A stretch of 59,868 nucleotides of DNA. Source: Gnetum montanum. Taxonomy: Eukaryota; Plantae; Gnetophyta. This document shows positions 25,774 through 37,800 of the stretch, piece after piece; the first letter of the stretch is position 1; every line of letters starts with the position of its first letter. A model generated the notes under the pieces. The model searched no databases, was not told the origin of the DNA, and saw nothing but the letters and a program-made list of their open reading frames with translations. The DNA is taken from positions 1 to 59,868 of the forward strand of contig MNCI01002124.1 of the NCBI GenBank assembly GCA_015680685.1, in the 5' to 3' direction. The position numbers and the translations under genes were made by a program.

Positions 25774-28700
25774 GATCAAAGTATGAGTATCTGGGAGTTG
25801 ATCAATCTACCTTTGAGCCTAATTGAGCCTCACGGTGATGTAAAATGGTATATTGACCCTAATTGCCTAGATCTTGTTTTTGAGAGTCTTGTTGACTACA
25901 TATCATCAATAGAGAAACCTCTAGAGTGGCCTAAAAACCTAGGAAAAACCCTTAACTTAGAGGTAGGTGAAATAACTAAAGATTATCTAGTTAATGTTCC
26001 TATCACAACACATAGTGGTGAGGAGAAAGCCCTTAAACTAATTTTGTCACTTGAACCTCAGAAGGTATAAGACATCACTGAGGTTGTACAAGGCAACATT
26101 AATGGATTTGCCTAGTCATGTGAAGATATGCTAGGCCTAGACCCATACTTAATAAAACATAAAATCATACTAGATCATATCATTAAACCATTTAAATGAA
26201 AAGTACATAAGATGAGACTTGATTTGGCCTTGGCAGTTTGTAATGAGACCTTGAAGCTCTACCAAGGTCATTTCATTAGGGCTATCAACTATGTATAATG
26301 GGTTTTCAACATAGTGGTAGTCCCTAAGAAAAATGTAATTATCTATATTTTCATTGATTTCTAACATCTAAATAAAGAAACTATCAAAAATAACTTCCGT
26401 TTGCCTAGTATTGATCAACTTATTGATACCATGGTTGGGCATGCCTTATTATCCTTTATGGATGGGTTCTCATGATATAAAAAAATTACGATCAACCTAG
26501 AGCACCAACTTAGCATAACCTTCATGACATATTAGGGTACCTTTTACTATACTATAATGCTCTTTGGCCTTAAGAATGCAAGAGGAACCTATCAATGAGA
26601 CATGACTTATATCTTCAGTGATTTCATGCTACATTTGCTTAATGATTCTGTGGATGACATACTTGTTAAGTCCAAAGTTTCTAGTGACCATGCTAAGGAC
26701 CTAGATCTTGTGCCTAAATAGTGCCTCAAATATGAGCTTAGGCTCAATCCCAAAAAATGTGTCTTCAATGTTAAGACCTGAAAGATTTTTGGCTTTGTGA
26801 TATATGAAGTAGGTATAAATGTTACTCCTAATAAGGTGAAGATCATATCCAAATTAGAAGTGCTTTCCAACCTTAAGGAGCTCTAGGGATTGTAAAGAAA
26901 ATTGCAATTTATTCATAGGTTTATTTCTAGGCTTACAAATAAGTTGTAGTCAATGCAATAGTTTCTTAAGAAAGGGATTCACTATGAGTGGATTGCTCAA
27001 TGCCAAGAGGCCTTTGAAAACCTTAAGCAAGAGTTGATACAACTACTAACAATCTATCCTCTGCAAGAGAGTAGACCATTTTATATCTACCTAGCCATCT
27101 CCAACACATCCATTTCCTCTTTTATCTATCAAAAACATGATGATAGAGTAGAAATATCAATGTACTATCTTAGCCATGCATTAGTTTCCTAGGAAAATTG
27201 ATACACTAAAGTGGAGAAGTATTATCTAGGACTAGTCTTGTCATTGAAGAAGTGGAGACACTATCTCTTTAGAAGCCAAGTTAATGTAATTTGTAAAGAT
27301 AATGTGCTCAAATCCATAATGATAGATATCTTTGAGAGTATCCACATAGACTGATGGGAAGCCATAACTATGGAGTTTGACCATCACTACATCTCTCAAT
27401 CCTCAACGAAAGATCAAGCTATAGTCATGCAACTCACTATTTTACCTTTTGATGACCAAGTAGCCATAGATCCTAAGTTCCCTCATGAGCATATTAGTAT
27501 TGTTAGCCAAGTGCCTAAGGGTTATGAGGTGGTTATGCACTTTGATGGAGATTCAACTACCCATGGGGCTATTACTGCTACCATCATAACATTTCCATGT
27601 TATCAAATCCAATATTTCACCTATTATTTTGAGTTTCCATGTACCAACAACATAACATAGTACAAAGGTTTGATCATGTGAATGATGGTAGCCCATAACC
27701 AAAAATTAGATGCTTAATAATTATAGATGATTCCCGACTTATGGTTAACAAAGTAATGGAGGTCAATGTGTGTAAAGTCAAACACTTACAATCATATTGG
27801 AACCTAGGAAAACAATGTTTACAATAGTTTGCAAATGCTAATATCTAGCACATACCTTGAAACAAGAATGCTATAGCCAATGCAATTGCAATGTTAGCTC
27901 TTAGTGTGATGCTACATGTATTTAGTAAGTTGTCCATATGAACCTAGGACTATTCTATTTCCATCACACATAATACTAAAGATACCTTTATAACTATAAT
28001 CTAGACAACTCTTGCCAAGGAATGGATTATGATATCAAATTTTACCTTTTGCATGGTGATTCTTTGCAAGGCTTGACTACTACCCAAAAGGACATCGTAC
28101 AAAAATGATCAAAGAAGTATGTCATCATAGGTGATAACACATTATGTCAATAGTCCTATGATGGTGTATTGCTATAGTGCTTAGGTAAAACAAAAGCTAG
28201 AACAATCCTAGAGAAGGTTCACAAGGGTGTTTGTAGAGGAAATATATGACCTAGAGCTATGGTTGCTAAGATTAGGTGGTTAGGTTACTACTAGTCCAAT
28301 ATGATAAGTAACTGCATGTAAAAGATTAATCATTGTGATACATGCCAATGGCATATTAATCTTATACACATATTACCAATTGAGTATCATACAACTCAGA
28401 TCACCTAGTTATTTCAATGATGGTACTTGGATATCATTAGACCTATAACACCCAAGTCTTTTTCAAGTCATAACTTCATCATCACTACAACTAAAAACTT
28501 TATGAAGTGGGTTGAGGCTATTGCCTTAAGGAAGACTACATCCAAACAAGCTTGCAAATTTTTCTTAGATAACATTATAGCCCATTTTGACATACTCATA
28601 ACCATAGTTGTAGATAATGGACCATAATTTAGTAGTCATCAAATGAAATAATTTTTTCACAACTTGGGCATTAAGCATTCTTTCCTGTCACCTTATTATC

Positions 28701-29263
28701 CTCAAGCCAATGGATAAGCAAAGACATGAAAGAAGGCCATTATGAACTTACTAAAGAAAATGCTCAATAATAGTAAGAGTAAAGGGCATGATTAGCTTGT
28801 CCATGTGCCATGGGCCAATAGAACAACCTATTGTATAGTAACTAGATTAATCCCTTATAGCATGGTTTATGGTTTTAAAGCTATTTTACCACTTGAATTA
28901 TAGGTGCCATCAGTTTGAGTAGCCTTGACTAACTTCATTAATGATGAGTAGAATAAGGAGTTGTGAATAGTGGCCCTAGATTTAGTGAAGGAGAAATGTA
29001 TGCAAGTGCTTTCTCACTTCAAATATTATCAAGAGAGGTAGAAATGACAACACAACCATAACTTGACCAAGAGGAAGATCAAGGAAGGTGATTTGGTTCT
29101 CAAAGCTATCCATGAGCATGCAAATAAATTTTTAGCGAATCGGAAAAGGCCCTTCATATTCATCAAAGCCTATAGTAACAAAGCCTTTCAGATAGCCAAC
29201 ATGAATAGGAATGACCTTACCAATCCAGTTAATCATTTCTATCTAAGGCCATATTACATGTAG
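25774..29263 (+). pseudogene. pol of A: RT - RNase H - additional archaeal-type RNase H - integrase, no protease in front
   Basis: LPSIDQLID...LLSFMDGFS, FGLKNARGTYQ, VDDILVKS (RT); YYLSHAL (RH); HFDGDST...FPCTNN (aRH); KWVEAIAL, VDNGP, SPYYPQANG, EGDLVLK, YLRPYYM-stop (INT). Confidence 0.92.
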
Positions 29264-29289
29264 CCAATGGTCATCAACAAGCAAGCATA

Positions 29290-29560
29290 CTCTAAAGTGG
29301 TCTCTCAAGGTCTTAAACCAACAAAATGACCTACTAGGGCCTAAAAATAGTAACATCATGCCTTGCTAAGACCTTAAATTGACTTCATAACCTAATGAGG
29401 CCTCAAAATAGCATCATATCTAACTGATACCTTAAATAGATATCATAGTCTGCTAAGACTGTAAACTAGCATCATGGTCCACTATGATCTTAAACTAGCA
29501 CCATGGCTTACAAAGGCCTTAAACTAGTATCACAACTAATCATGGCATTAAACTAGCAAC
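29290..29560 (+). repeat. 29-bp tandem repeat (~9 copies) after the integrase of A
   Basis: Unit resembles GGTCCACTATGATCTTAAACTAGCACCAT. Confidence 0.88.
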
Positions 29561-30488
29561 ATTGGTGACTTAGGTGGCTTTTTTTTATTCTCCATGTGGC
29601 CTATATATGCATTATAATGTTGTAACATGCTTTGTTTACTTGTTTTTCTTGTCCTCTGGTAGTTGTGTTTTCAAGATGAAACCTAGGTCTATTGTAATGA
29701 TGAAACTCATTATGGTAGCAAATCATCACATGTCCTTGATGCACAAAATTTAGTGAGTTTGTCCTATTGTGTCAAGAGTACTTGTACCATTTCCCTTACT
29801 CTAACACTAGTCCTTGAGCCAAACCCTAGCCTGATGATAACATTCCCTATCCTAAGCAATAATTTTTTCCTATGTTCACTACTCATGCACTATAGCCATA
29901 TGATATGTCCTTAACATGTGTCATCCTCAAGTCCACTTTAATGTAACATAATTCATTTAGTGAAAAAACCATTAAGTCTATCGAGCATGAAACATCTTGT
30001 TTGATGGGATAACTCTCAAGTCTATTGATTATAATTCAACTTTCTTGATGGGAAAACTATGTCAAATCAACCTAGGGAATGAAACCTAATTAAGGTTTCA
30101 CCCCACAAAACAAAGTAAGCAACAAGGAAAGAAAATTTTCAAGGAGCCAAATGGCCAAAGACGCCTTAAAGGCCATTGGCTAAAGAACCTTGGAGCAAAG
30201 TAGTTGGTTCCTCAAATGCATTTTCTGAGTGACCAACACTTCAAAATGTATCAATATCACACTATATCCATGTTGGAAATGCTTGGAATGCATCATTAAC
30301 TTTCATGACCATCTCCCTAAGTACCACTAGCATTCCTCCTTTACAATCTAATCCCATCATCACAAGCACTCTTCAACATGGTTCTTCATGACTAGATCAA
30401 GCATGAAGAGGGAATGTCAATGGTGGGCTTACAATGGTGTTTTATATTCATTATCGATGCCTCTCAAGTCAATCATATAGACACCAAC

Positions 30489-30501
30489 AAAAAGGGGCTA
30501 A
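30489..30501 (+). promoter_or_regulatory. Polypurine tract of A
   Basis: AAAAAGGGGCTAA followed by TGAAACACC; same context as 43288-43303 on the minus strand. Confidence 0.8.
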
Positions 30502-31975
30502 TGAAACACCATCAATTTTTCATGTTGAAACCTTTTTAATCCCATCGCATGAAACCCAAGGTAATATTTTATTGTAAATGTGAATTTTGTAATCCATAAA
30601 GGGGAAATATCACATGTTTCATACTTTTGGGGCTAAAAAATCCTTCATAAGTGATCAAAGTCTTATTCCCCAAGTGAAGAAAGTCATTTAGTGTCTATAT
30701 TTGGGCTTGGGGAAGTCAAAAATGCCTTTTGGAATGCCAAAAATGGCAATTTAATGGGTTTTATGGGGGATATACATTTCTCTACACTAACACACCCCTT
30801 GCAAGATGGTAAGCCAATTAAAATACTTCAAGGCTAGCATGGAGGAGTGCAATGGGGTAGAACTCACCTATCCCTAGTGTGTAAAGTGGGGTGACCTAGC
30901 TTGTAGGAGTTAACCTTCATCCCCAACATTCACCACCCATCTCCCCATAAATGTTGATACTCTTGCCATATTGGAAGGTGGTAAACCAACTAGGAGAAAG
31001 GTGGTTGGACAATTGGAAGGGGCCAAATAGCTTGGATTCATGAAGGTGGATTTCACCTACCCCCTTGAACATGGCAAGTAATTTTCAGGAATTTAGTAGC
31101 CAATCTATAGGAAATTAGTTAGCCATTTGCAACCAATTTGTAGCCAAAATCATGGTCATAACCTTATAAAATCTAAACCTTGTCATCATGTGAAGGTTCC
31201 ACACATTTTCAATTTAGCACCTTTGGCATTTTGGACATCCAAGAGCTCTTGCTTCCTTAGTAGAAATGTATATTCTTAGAGCTCAAAAACATGGAACATC
31301 TATAACTTGTTATTCCCTTTAGGATTTATGAACTTTAGGTGCTAATGTTACCCCTCTAAGATCCTCAAATCCCACCGTGGTGCACTTTGGCTACATAATC
31401 CTTTACATTTTCCTACCCTTAGTAGAAGTCAATATTTCAAATCTAGAATGGTTGCAAAGGAGGTTCGGTAGCATTAGGAGTGGTATAGATACTGAATCAT
31501 GAAGTTGATCATGGCGTCAATGATCTTTGAACCCCTATCCAAGTGAAACCTCCTTGCCCCCCTCTTGGGCACCAATTTTGTACATATCTTTGAACTCATT
31601 CTTTATTTATTTAATGAAGTTTACGGTTTCATTTTTTGTACAATTTTATATATAATTGTTATATTATCAGTGCATTATTCTATAAATTTGCATCCTTTTA
31701 CAATTTTTACACCCATATTTTTCATCAACCCTAAGTCCTTGGGTAATTCCATGTTCTATAATGACATTACCTTCTTGAAAACTACTCATATGATTATAAA
31801 ATTTATTACATGAAATATTATGAATTCATATCTATGATGTTTTACATGATTTCTTTGCACTAAATTTTATAGCCTAAAATGTTAATTTATCTTTAATAAT
31901 TTCTTTATTTGTACATAAACAATTTATAATAAAGGATATTTTCATATTTTCATTCATATCATACATTAATATGTT
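30502..31975 (+). repeat. 3' LTR of A, interrupted at 31976 by element B
   Basis: Starts TGAAACACCA after the PPT, with TATAAAA at 31165. Its first ~225 bp are repeated at 31976-32230. Confidence 0.75.
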
Positions 31976-32366
31976 TGAAACACCACAAAAATTTGTATGT
32001 TATAACCAATGTTCATCATGTAGCTTTCACCCCATGAAACTTAGGGAAAAACTTCATTGTAAATGTAAAAATTATAATCCATAGTGGGCAATTTTAGATG
32101 TTTTGTACGTTTTTGGCTGAAAAATGCCTCATAAGTGTTCAAAGCCTCATTTCCCAAGTGAAAAGGTTCATCTAGTGTGTATATTTCGGCTTGGGTGGGA
32201 CGGGGTTGGGGGGGGAGGCAGTCAAAAATGTAATGCAATGTTGGAATAAGAATGTGTGAGATTTCCATTATCTCACCTCCTTCTTTTGCCCCTATCATAC
32301 ATATTGTAAGAGGTATTTTGAAGGCCAACTTGTGTGAGGTTTGAGGCCGACATTTTCAATATTCCA
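31976..32366 (+). repeat. 5' LTR of B, internally deleted; 3' end uncertain (32352 or 32366)
   Basis: TGAAACACCA start. Alignment to the A LTR stops abruptly at ~32230. Confidence 0.55.
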
Positions 32367-32534
32367 TTTTTGGTAAAGGGGTAAACCCCCCTTATCTCCC
32401 ATTTACTAATTATTGTAAGTACATCATTTTTTTCATTTTTATTTCCTCTAAGATTTTTTGAATTCCATTAACTAGTATTTACTCTTATTTTACCATTTAT
32501 AACCTATTCTTAAGCCATTCTTAGCACTTTAGCT

Positions 32535-34094
32535 ATGTCTTTCCAAAAATCCACCAAATTTCCCTTCAACCTCATTAGTGAAGATCATAGCCAACAAGCC
32601 ATGGGCATGTATGATCCCAAATACTCTACCATCATTGAGTGTAGGTGATCTTTGAAGGTTAGTGGGGAGATTCTTAATTTTTCATCCACAAATGAAGATC
32701 ATCATCAATTCATTTATGCTAAAATACAAGTAGGCATGCTAATCCCACAAATTGAAGATGAGGACAAAAGGGAGTTTGAGCTCATATACATGGGTGGGAA
32801 TAGTAGATTCCTTGTCCATATGAAGAAATTCCTCTTAATGATGTCTATTCTAGCATTCTAGCCTAATTGATTATCATAGAAGAGGAAGATAACAAGCCTA
32901 CCTTCAAGGAATAATAGGAAGAGGAGGAGGAATTTAGGGTAGAATCTGAGCTTGAAAACATCGTTGGAGGACTATTCCAACAAACATTCACCAAAGTTAT
33001 AGAGCCTTCCCCTAATGTTTTTGTTTTCTTCATGGGCATGGTGCCATCATCTTTTAGTCCTCCATTCCCTACTATGGCAAATCCCACACTAGTTGTAGCC
33101 ATATATAACACTTAGTTAATGATACAAACAACAAACTATTACACATCAATGCCATTTACAACACAGTCTCAATATGTAAAATCATCAACAATTGCTTTTA
33201 CCACCGCAAATCCGTTAACTAATCACATGGATTTTACCATGGGGCCCATTTATAATCCATAGTGGGCACTTTTAGTGGCCAAATAAGGAAAGAAGCATAA
33301 ACAAAAGTCTAACACCAAGGGAGACAAGTAGATAGAGTCATAAAAGGAAGTGGGCCCACTAATGCCCACTCCCATTTCAACTATACCCATGACCTCCTTT
33401 GCCCCAACCTCTTTAACCAGCAAGCCACAAGAGGACATTAAAGCACACAACCAAAACAACAAGGAAGATCCACAATAGCAACAACCTAAAGCTAAATTCC
33501 ACATTTTAGGACACATGGAGGAAGTAAAGCACAAGTAGGGTGAGAAGCCCATGACTAATGATAAAAAATTCCTTAGTGTAATGGACTAGGTCAAGGAATC
33601 CCTCAAACAAAAAAACACAACCCTAAGCTTATAATCATGACTTCTACCACACATCATGAGGTGTTAGTAAAAACATTGACCTTCATACTCATTAGTAAGG
33701 ATATTCATACTAATGAGGAAGCCATCCATGTAATAATTATTTCTCCCTCACCAGTGGAGGAGAAGTCAATATCCTTAACATTTCACAATAGTGAAATTAA
33801 GGTTAATCCTTAGAATGGTGAAGTGACTACAACCCCTTTATTCATAACCATATGCATATAACAATTTAAAATACATTGGATGCATGTTGATGATAACAAC
33901 CCATGATGACTCCTAGCCATGAAGAGCAAAATCCCAAGATAGCCAACAATGATAATAATAAGCAATGGGATCCATTATGAGATGAAATCCCTTTTTGCAT
34001 CATAGGTGAAGGAGATGGTGAATACAAGCTTGTGTAGAATAGGCCTTACTCACTTCCTAATCTTGCAAAGATTAGGAAGAATCTACACAAGTGA
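32535..34094 (+). pseudogene. ORF1 of B: acidic and Pro/Thr-rich region, Gag C-terminal-like segment, largely deleted protease
   Basis: ATG 32535 is in frame with ORF 32652-32861. Motifs ESLKQKNTTLSL and PLFITICI..MHVDD are present, and the ORF ends KIRKNLHK-TGA like A. Confidence 0.75.
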
Positions 34095-34312
34095 AATTCA
34101 CCTTAACCTTCTATGCCAATATGACTAGATGCACTAATAGCCATATAGCCTTACTTTTAATTTATAGTCTATTACATATGCAATTTTTGTTTTATCCTTT
34201 ATGCATGTAGCTTATGCTTGAATCCTAAGTTTATTTTCATTGTTACCTATTTTCTACAACCTTTCTTTATTTTTACTTATGTTTTAAACATTAAAAAAAA
34301 CATCTCTTTCAG

Positions 34313-34515
34313 ACATTGTCGACTAAGATGTTAAATTGGTACCCTATTTGCTAAGATGTTAAACTAGCACTAACATCTGCTAAGATGTTAAACTAGCATT
34401 AGTATATGCTAAGATGTTAAACTAGCACTAATGTCCACTAAGACGTTAAAATGGAATTATTGTTTACTAAGACATTAAATTGGCACTAGGATCTACTAAG
34501 ACCTTAAACTATCAA
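34313..34515 (+). repeat. 29-bp tandem repeat (~7 copies) after ORF1 of B
   Basis: Unit CTAAGATGTTAAACTAGCACTAACATCTG. Confidence 0.9.
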
Positions 34516-34852
34516 TGTAGCCACAATTGTAGTTTATAACCTATGCCTATAATGACATAAAACCATAAAAATTTTCATTTATTATTATATATCCTTTTGT
34601 TTAGCCTAATATTTCATTGATTTAATGTTACAACCAAAACATCAATGTAGCCATGTTTAAAACATTTAGTACTATAGATGCATATAGCAAAGAATAAAAT
34701 CAAATATTTAAATTTAAAATTAAAATATCCTTAACATACATAGCCATAGCTATAATGTGTAGCAAGAATGTCAAAAATAACAACCATCCATAACATAGTC
34801 TTGGCTAACCATAGTCATCAACATAAAAACAAAAAAACAAATGCCCAACAAG

Positions 34853-37800
34853 CTAAACTAAAGGAGGTTGTTGAGTGACATCTAGAAGAAGTATTGGGTC
34901 ATTCTCACCCTTACCACTGGGGCTACCAATGTCTCCTAGGCCTAAAATGCAACAACATATAGCCCATCAGTAACCCATAGCCAAAATCATGACTTAAAAC
35001 AAATATTAAACCATAGAATATATCAAACCTATGGAGATTTTAGCTCCATTACTTCTAAGGATAAATGGGGAATGGCTTCCTCCAAACATTGGAGGATATG
35101 GTCCTCTATCATGTTGACCTAGTCAACATTCCCAAGATCAATGCCATAAAGAATGTTGGTCCTATCTATAGGAGTCCTTGTAGGAGGCTCATGAGTAATA
35201 GTAGTTGTACACTCTCACCCACAATAATGGTAACTTGAAGAGTAGGGGATTGTTTCACATTGAAAGTACTTTCAAAAAGTTGATAAACACTCTCCTCCTA
35301 GATCCCCTAAATAAATAACTCTCTCTTGTGTCATTCAACAAACTCTTCTTTAAGCCACTTTAGGTAGGAACAATGATTGGTCTTATACTGACACTTGTGG
35401 ACCTTTTATGTCTTGTCCCACTCTATGACCCAAGTGTAGTGATCCTTCTAGTCCTCAACCTTTTTTGAGATAAGGTCCATCTACATATGTTGTTTCATCA
35501 TCTCTTGTAGGACTACTACTTTTTCCTAAATGACATGCTAGTAACAGGCCCATGTGATATCCTTAGTTCATAACTCCTCCAAGTTAGCCATGTAAGCCTC
35601 CACAAATTCTTTATAGTCTTGAAGATCTATAATTGTATCCTCCTACCTTTGAGCCTATTCCCCTAAGGCCACAACTTCCTCTAATAGGAATTCATTGGAC
35701 CTCTCTAGCTCGCATGAAGGTTTTGCACATGGCATTGCTAAATCAATGGTAGTCTCATATAGCTTCATGGATACAATAGACACATTAGAGGGAAGTTTAG
35801 GCAAGGAGTCTACCTCCATGTCTTTGCTGGGGTTCCACTCCATAGAGGGCACTACACAAACATAAAATACAACCATAACCATATGCAAACAAAGCCCATG
35901 AATAAAGAACATAAAATAAAATCCTTACCTATCTTAGCTATGATCTAATGTAACCAATTGATGATTTCCTTAGCCATTTCTTATAAGAACTCCATTATGT
36001 TCAGAGTCTCTACCTATGGCTTCGCATGAGACATAGGGATGACAGCTTGCACTACTAGTTTAGGAACTACTACAAGCATAACAATCATTGAAAGGTTAGG
36101 ATGACGACCAAAGATAACTAGTATGATATAACAAAAATAGTGAGGCATAGGCAAACCTAGCTCCTCTACCTCTTCCTCCTCTTGGATGATGATGGGAGAG
36201 GGACCTGCTACTACGTCATCAAACATGGCATCTAAATCATTCATACCTGCATCAGCAAGTTCTTGAATCATAGGTTTCTTTAGGAGTTTCTCTTCTACAT
36301 GTCTTTTTTTTGCCTCTACAGTAGCTTGGGTTACCATAGCCTAATGCTTGTCTACAACCATAGCACATAGAAAACTAGTTGACACATAAAATCATAAAGT
36401 ATCTATGAAATTTTAAAACATGAAATAGAAAAATTTAAAAAAAGTGTACCTACAATAGCCTACTATGACGGCTCAAGCTTAAACTTAAGCTTTTTTAGGG
36501 TAGGTTGATCTGATGCTGGGGGTGCCTCCTCCATAGGCCTCTTGAGTTTGTCTCTAGCTTACCCCTTCAACCTCCATGTGTCATAATCTAGCATCCTAGA
36601 CACTAGTAAGAAATGAGAGGGGCTCATCATCATTAGTACTATTAGGAGACTTGTACTACCTAACATCAAGATTCTTAGTGTTGATGTATAATGTTTCATC
36701 CATCCCCTCTAGTGGGTTCTAGCTCTACACTATTGGATAAATGTGCCTTATCCAAGACCTAGAAAATTGGCTTGTGTCTTGGAAAACCCATCACCCATTC
36801 CTATACACCACAAGAAACTTTGCAAACTTCTTTAGATAACCTACAAAAAATGCAAAGTGCATATGGATTATCATAGAAGTATCAACATAGAGTCTAAGAA
36901 TATCCTCTCAAAACTTGGTAGCCAAAGCAATAGCACAATCAAATTTGATGTCCTCCATCAAGACCTTCTTAAAGGTACATCCCTATGGTAGGTCGATTAC
37001 CTTCTTTTGTGATAATAGTTTGGGGAATGCATGAGTAACCTAAACAAAGGATATGATTCCTTTGCATTAGGATTCATGAAGCTATCCATTGAAATTTTAG
37101 AGTGGCCCATGTTGGAACCAAGCCACTTTAGAACTTTTTTGCAATGGCCTAATTTCCTAACCATCCTAGTGGGAACCTTTTTCCCATCAATAGGGACACG
37201 AAACAAGTCACAAAATAGCCTTAGCACCTCATATGATGATATTAAAATGACCAACCTCTTCATCAAAGGAGTCAATGGCATGTAGCGTCTCCATAGTGAA
37301 AATGGAAGGAATAGATGACCAAGGAAATAGGGTCTCCACAATAAGTATAGCTACATCTATGGACATCACACTGAAGTTTCTAAGGAGGTAGACAAAGAAG
37401 TCCCTTGTTCCAAGCCTCAACCATAATAAGAGTTTCTCCAAAGAAATTTCATGTGGTGGAGTATTTCTATTGGGATGACCAATGTAGCAAAAGATACCAA
37501 CTAGCTCCACTACAATGAGAAAGGGCCTCAAGAAGACCTTACATGAAATAAAACAAAAACATTATGACCAATTAGAATTTCTTAACAAGTTTGGAAAACA
37601 TCTAGTCAGAGGTGAAATTGGCCTCTATAAAAGGCTCTAAGGTATCTATTTATATTTTTTGAAGGAATTCTACAAAAAATCATTATTACAACCTTTCAAA
37701 GAAAAAACATTATGACCTATTATAATTACTCATCAAATTTAGACAAAACATCTACTTAGAGGTGAAATTAGCCTTTTTAAAAATCTATAAGGTGTTTTTC

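Larger units (their letters stand above)
3781..31975 (+). mobile_element. Element A: Tat-clade Ty3/gypsy retrotransposon with split ORF1(PR) / RT-RH-aRH-INT, degenerate; 5' end displaced by D1
   Basis: Order: protease ORF, 29-bp repeats, antisense gene, ~190-bp array, pol, 29-bp repeats, PPT, LTR. The same modules occur in the same relative order in B and C. Confidence 0.8.

Noticed and set aside
30502-32366. A and B as a tandem sharing one LTR
   Set aside because: A second, diverged LTR start at 31976 shows B has its own 5' LTR.
32367-32385. PBS of B (TTTTTGGTAAAGGGG) and the similar TTTGGTAAG at ~41759-41767 (-)
   Set aside because: I cannot match either to a tRNA 3' end and they could be splice donors. 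The PBS of the split family is left unassigned.
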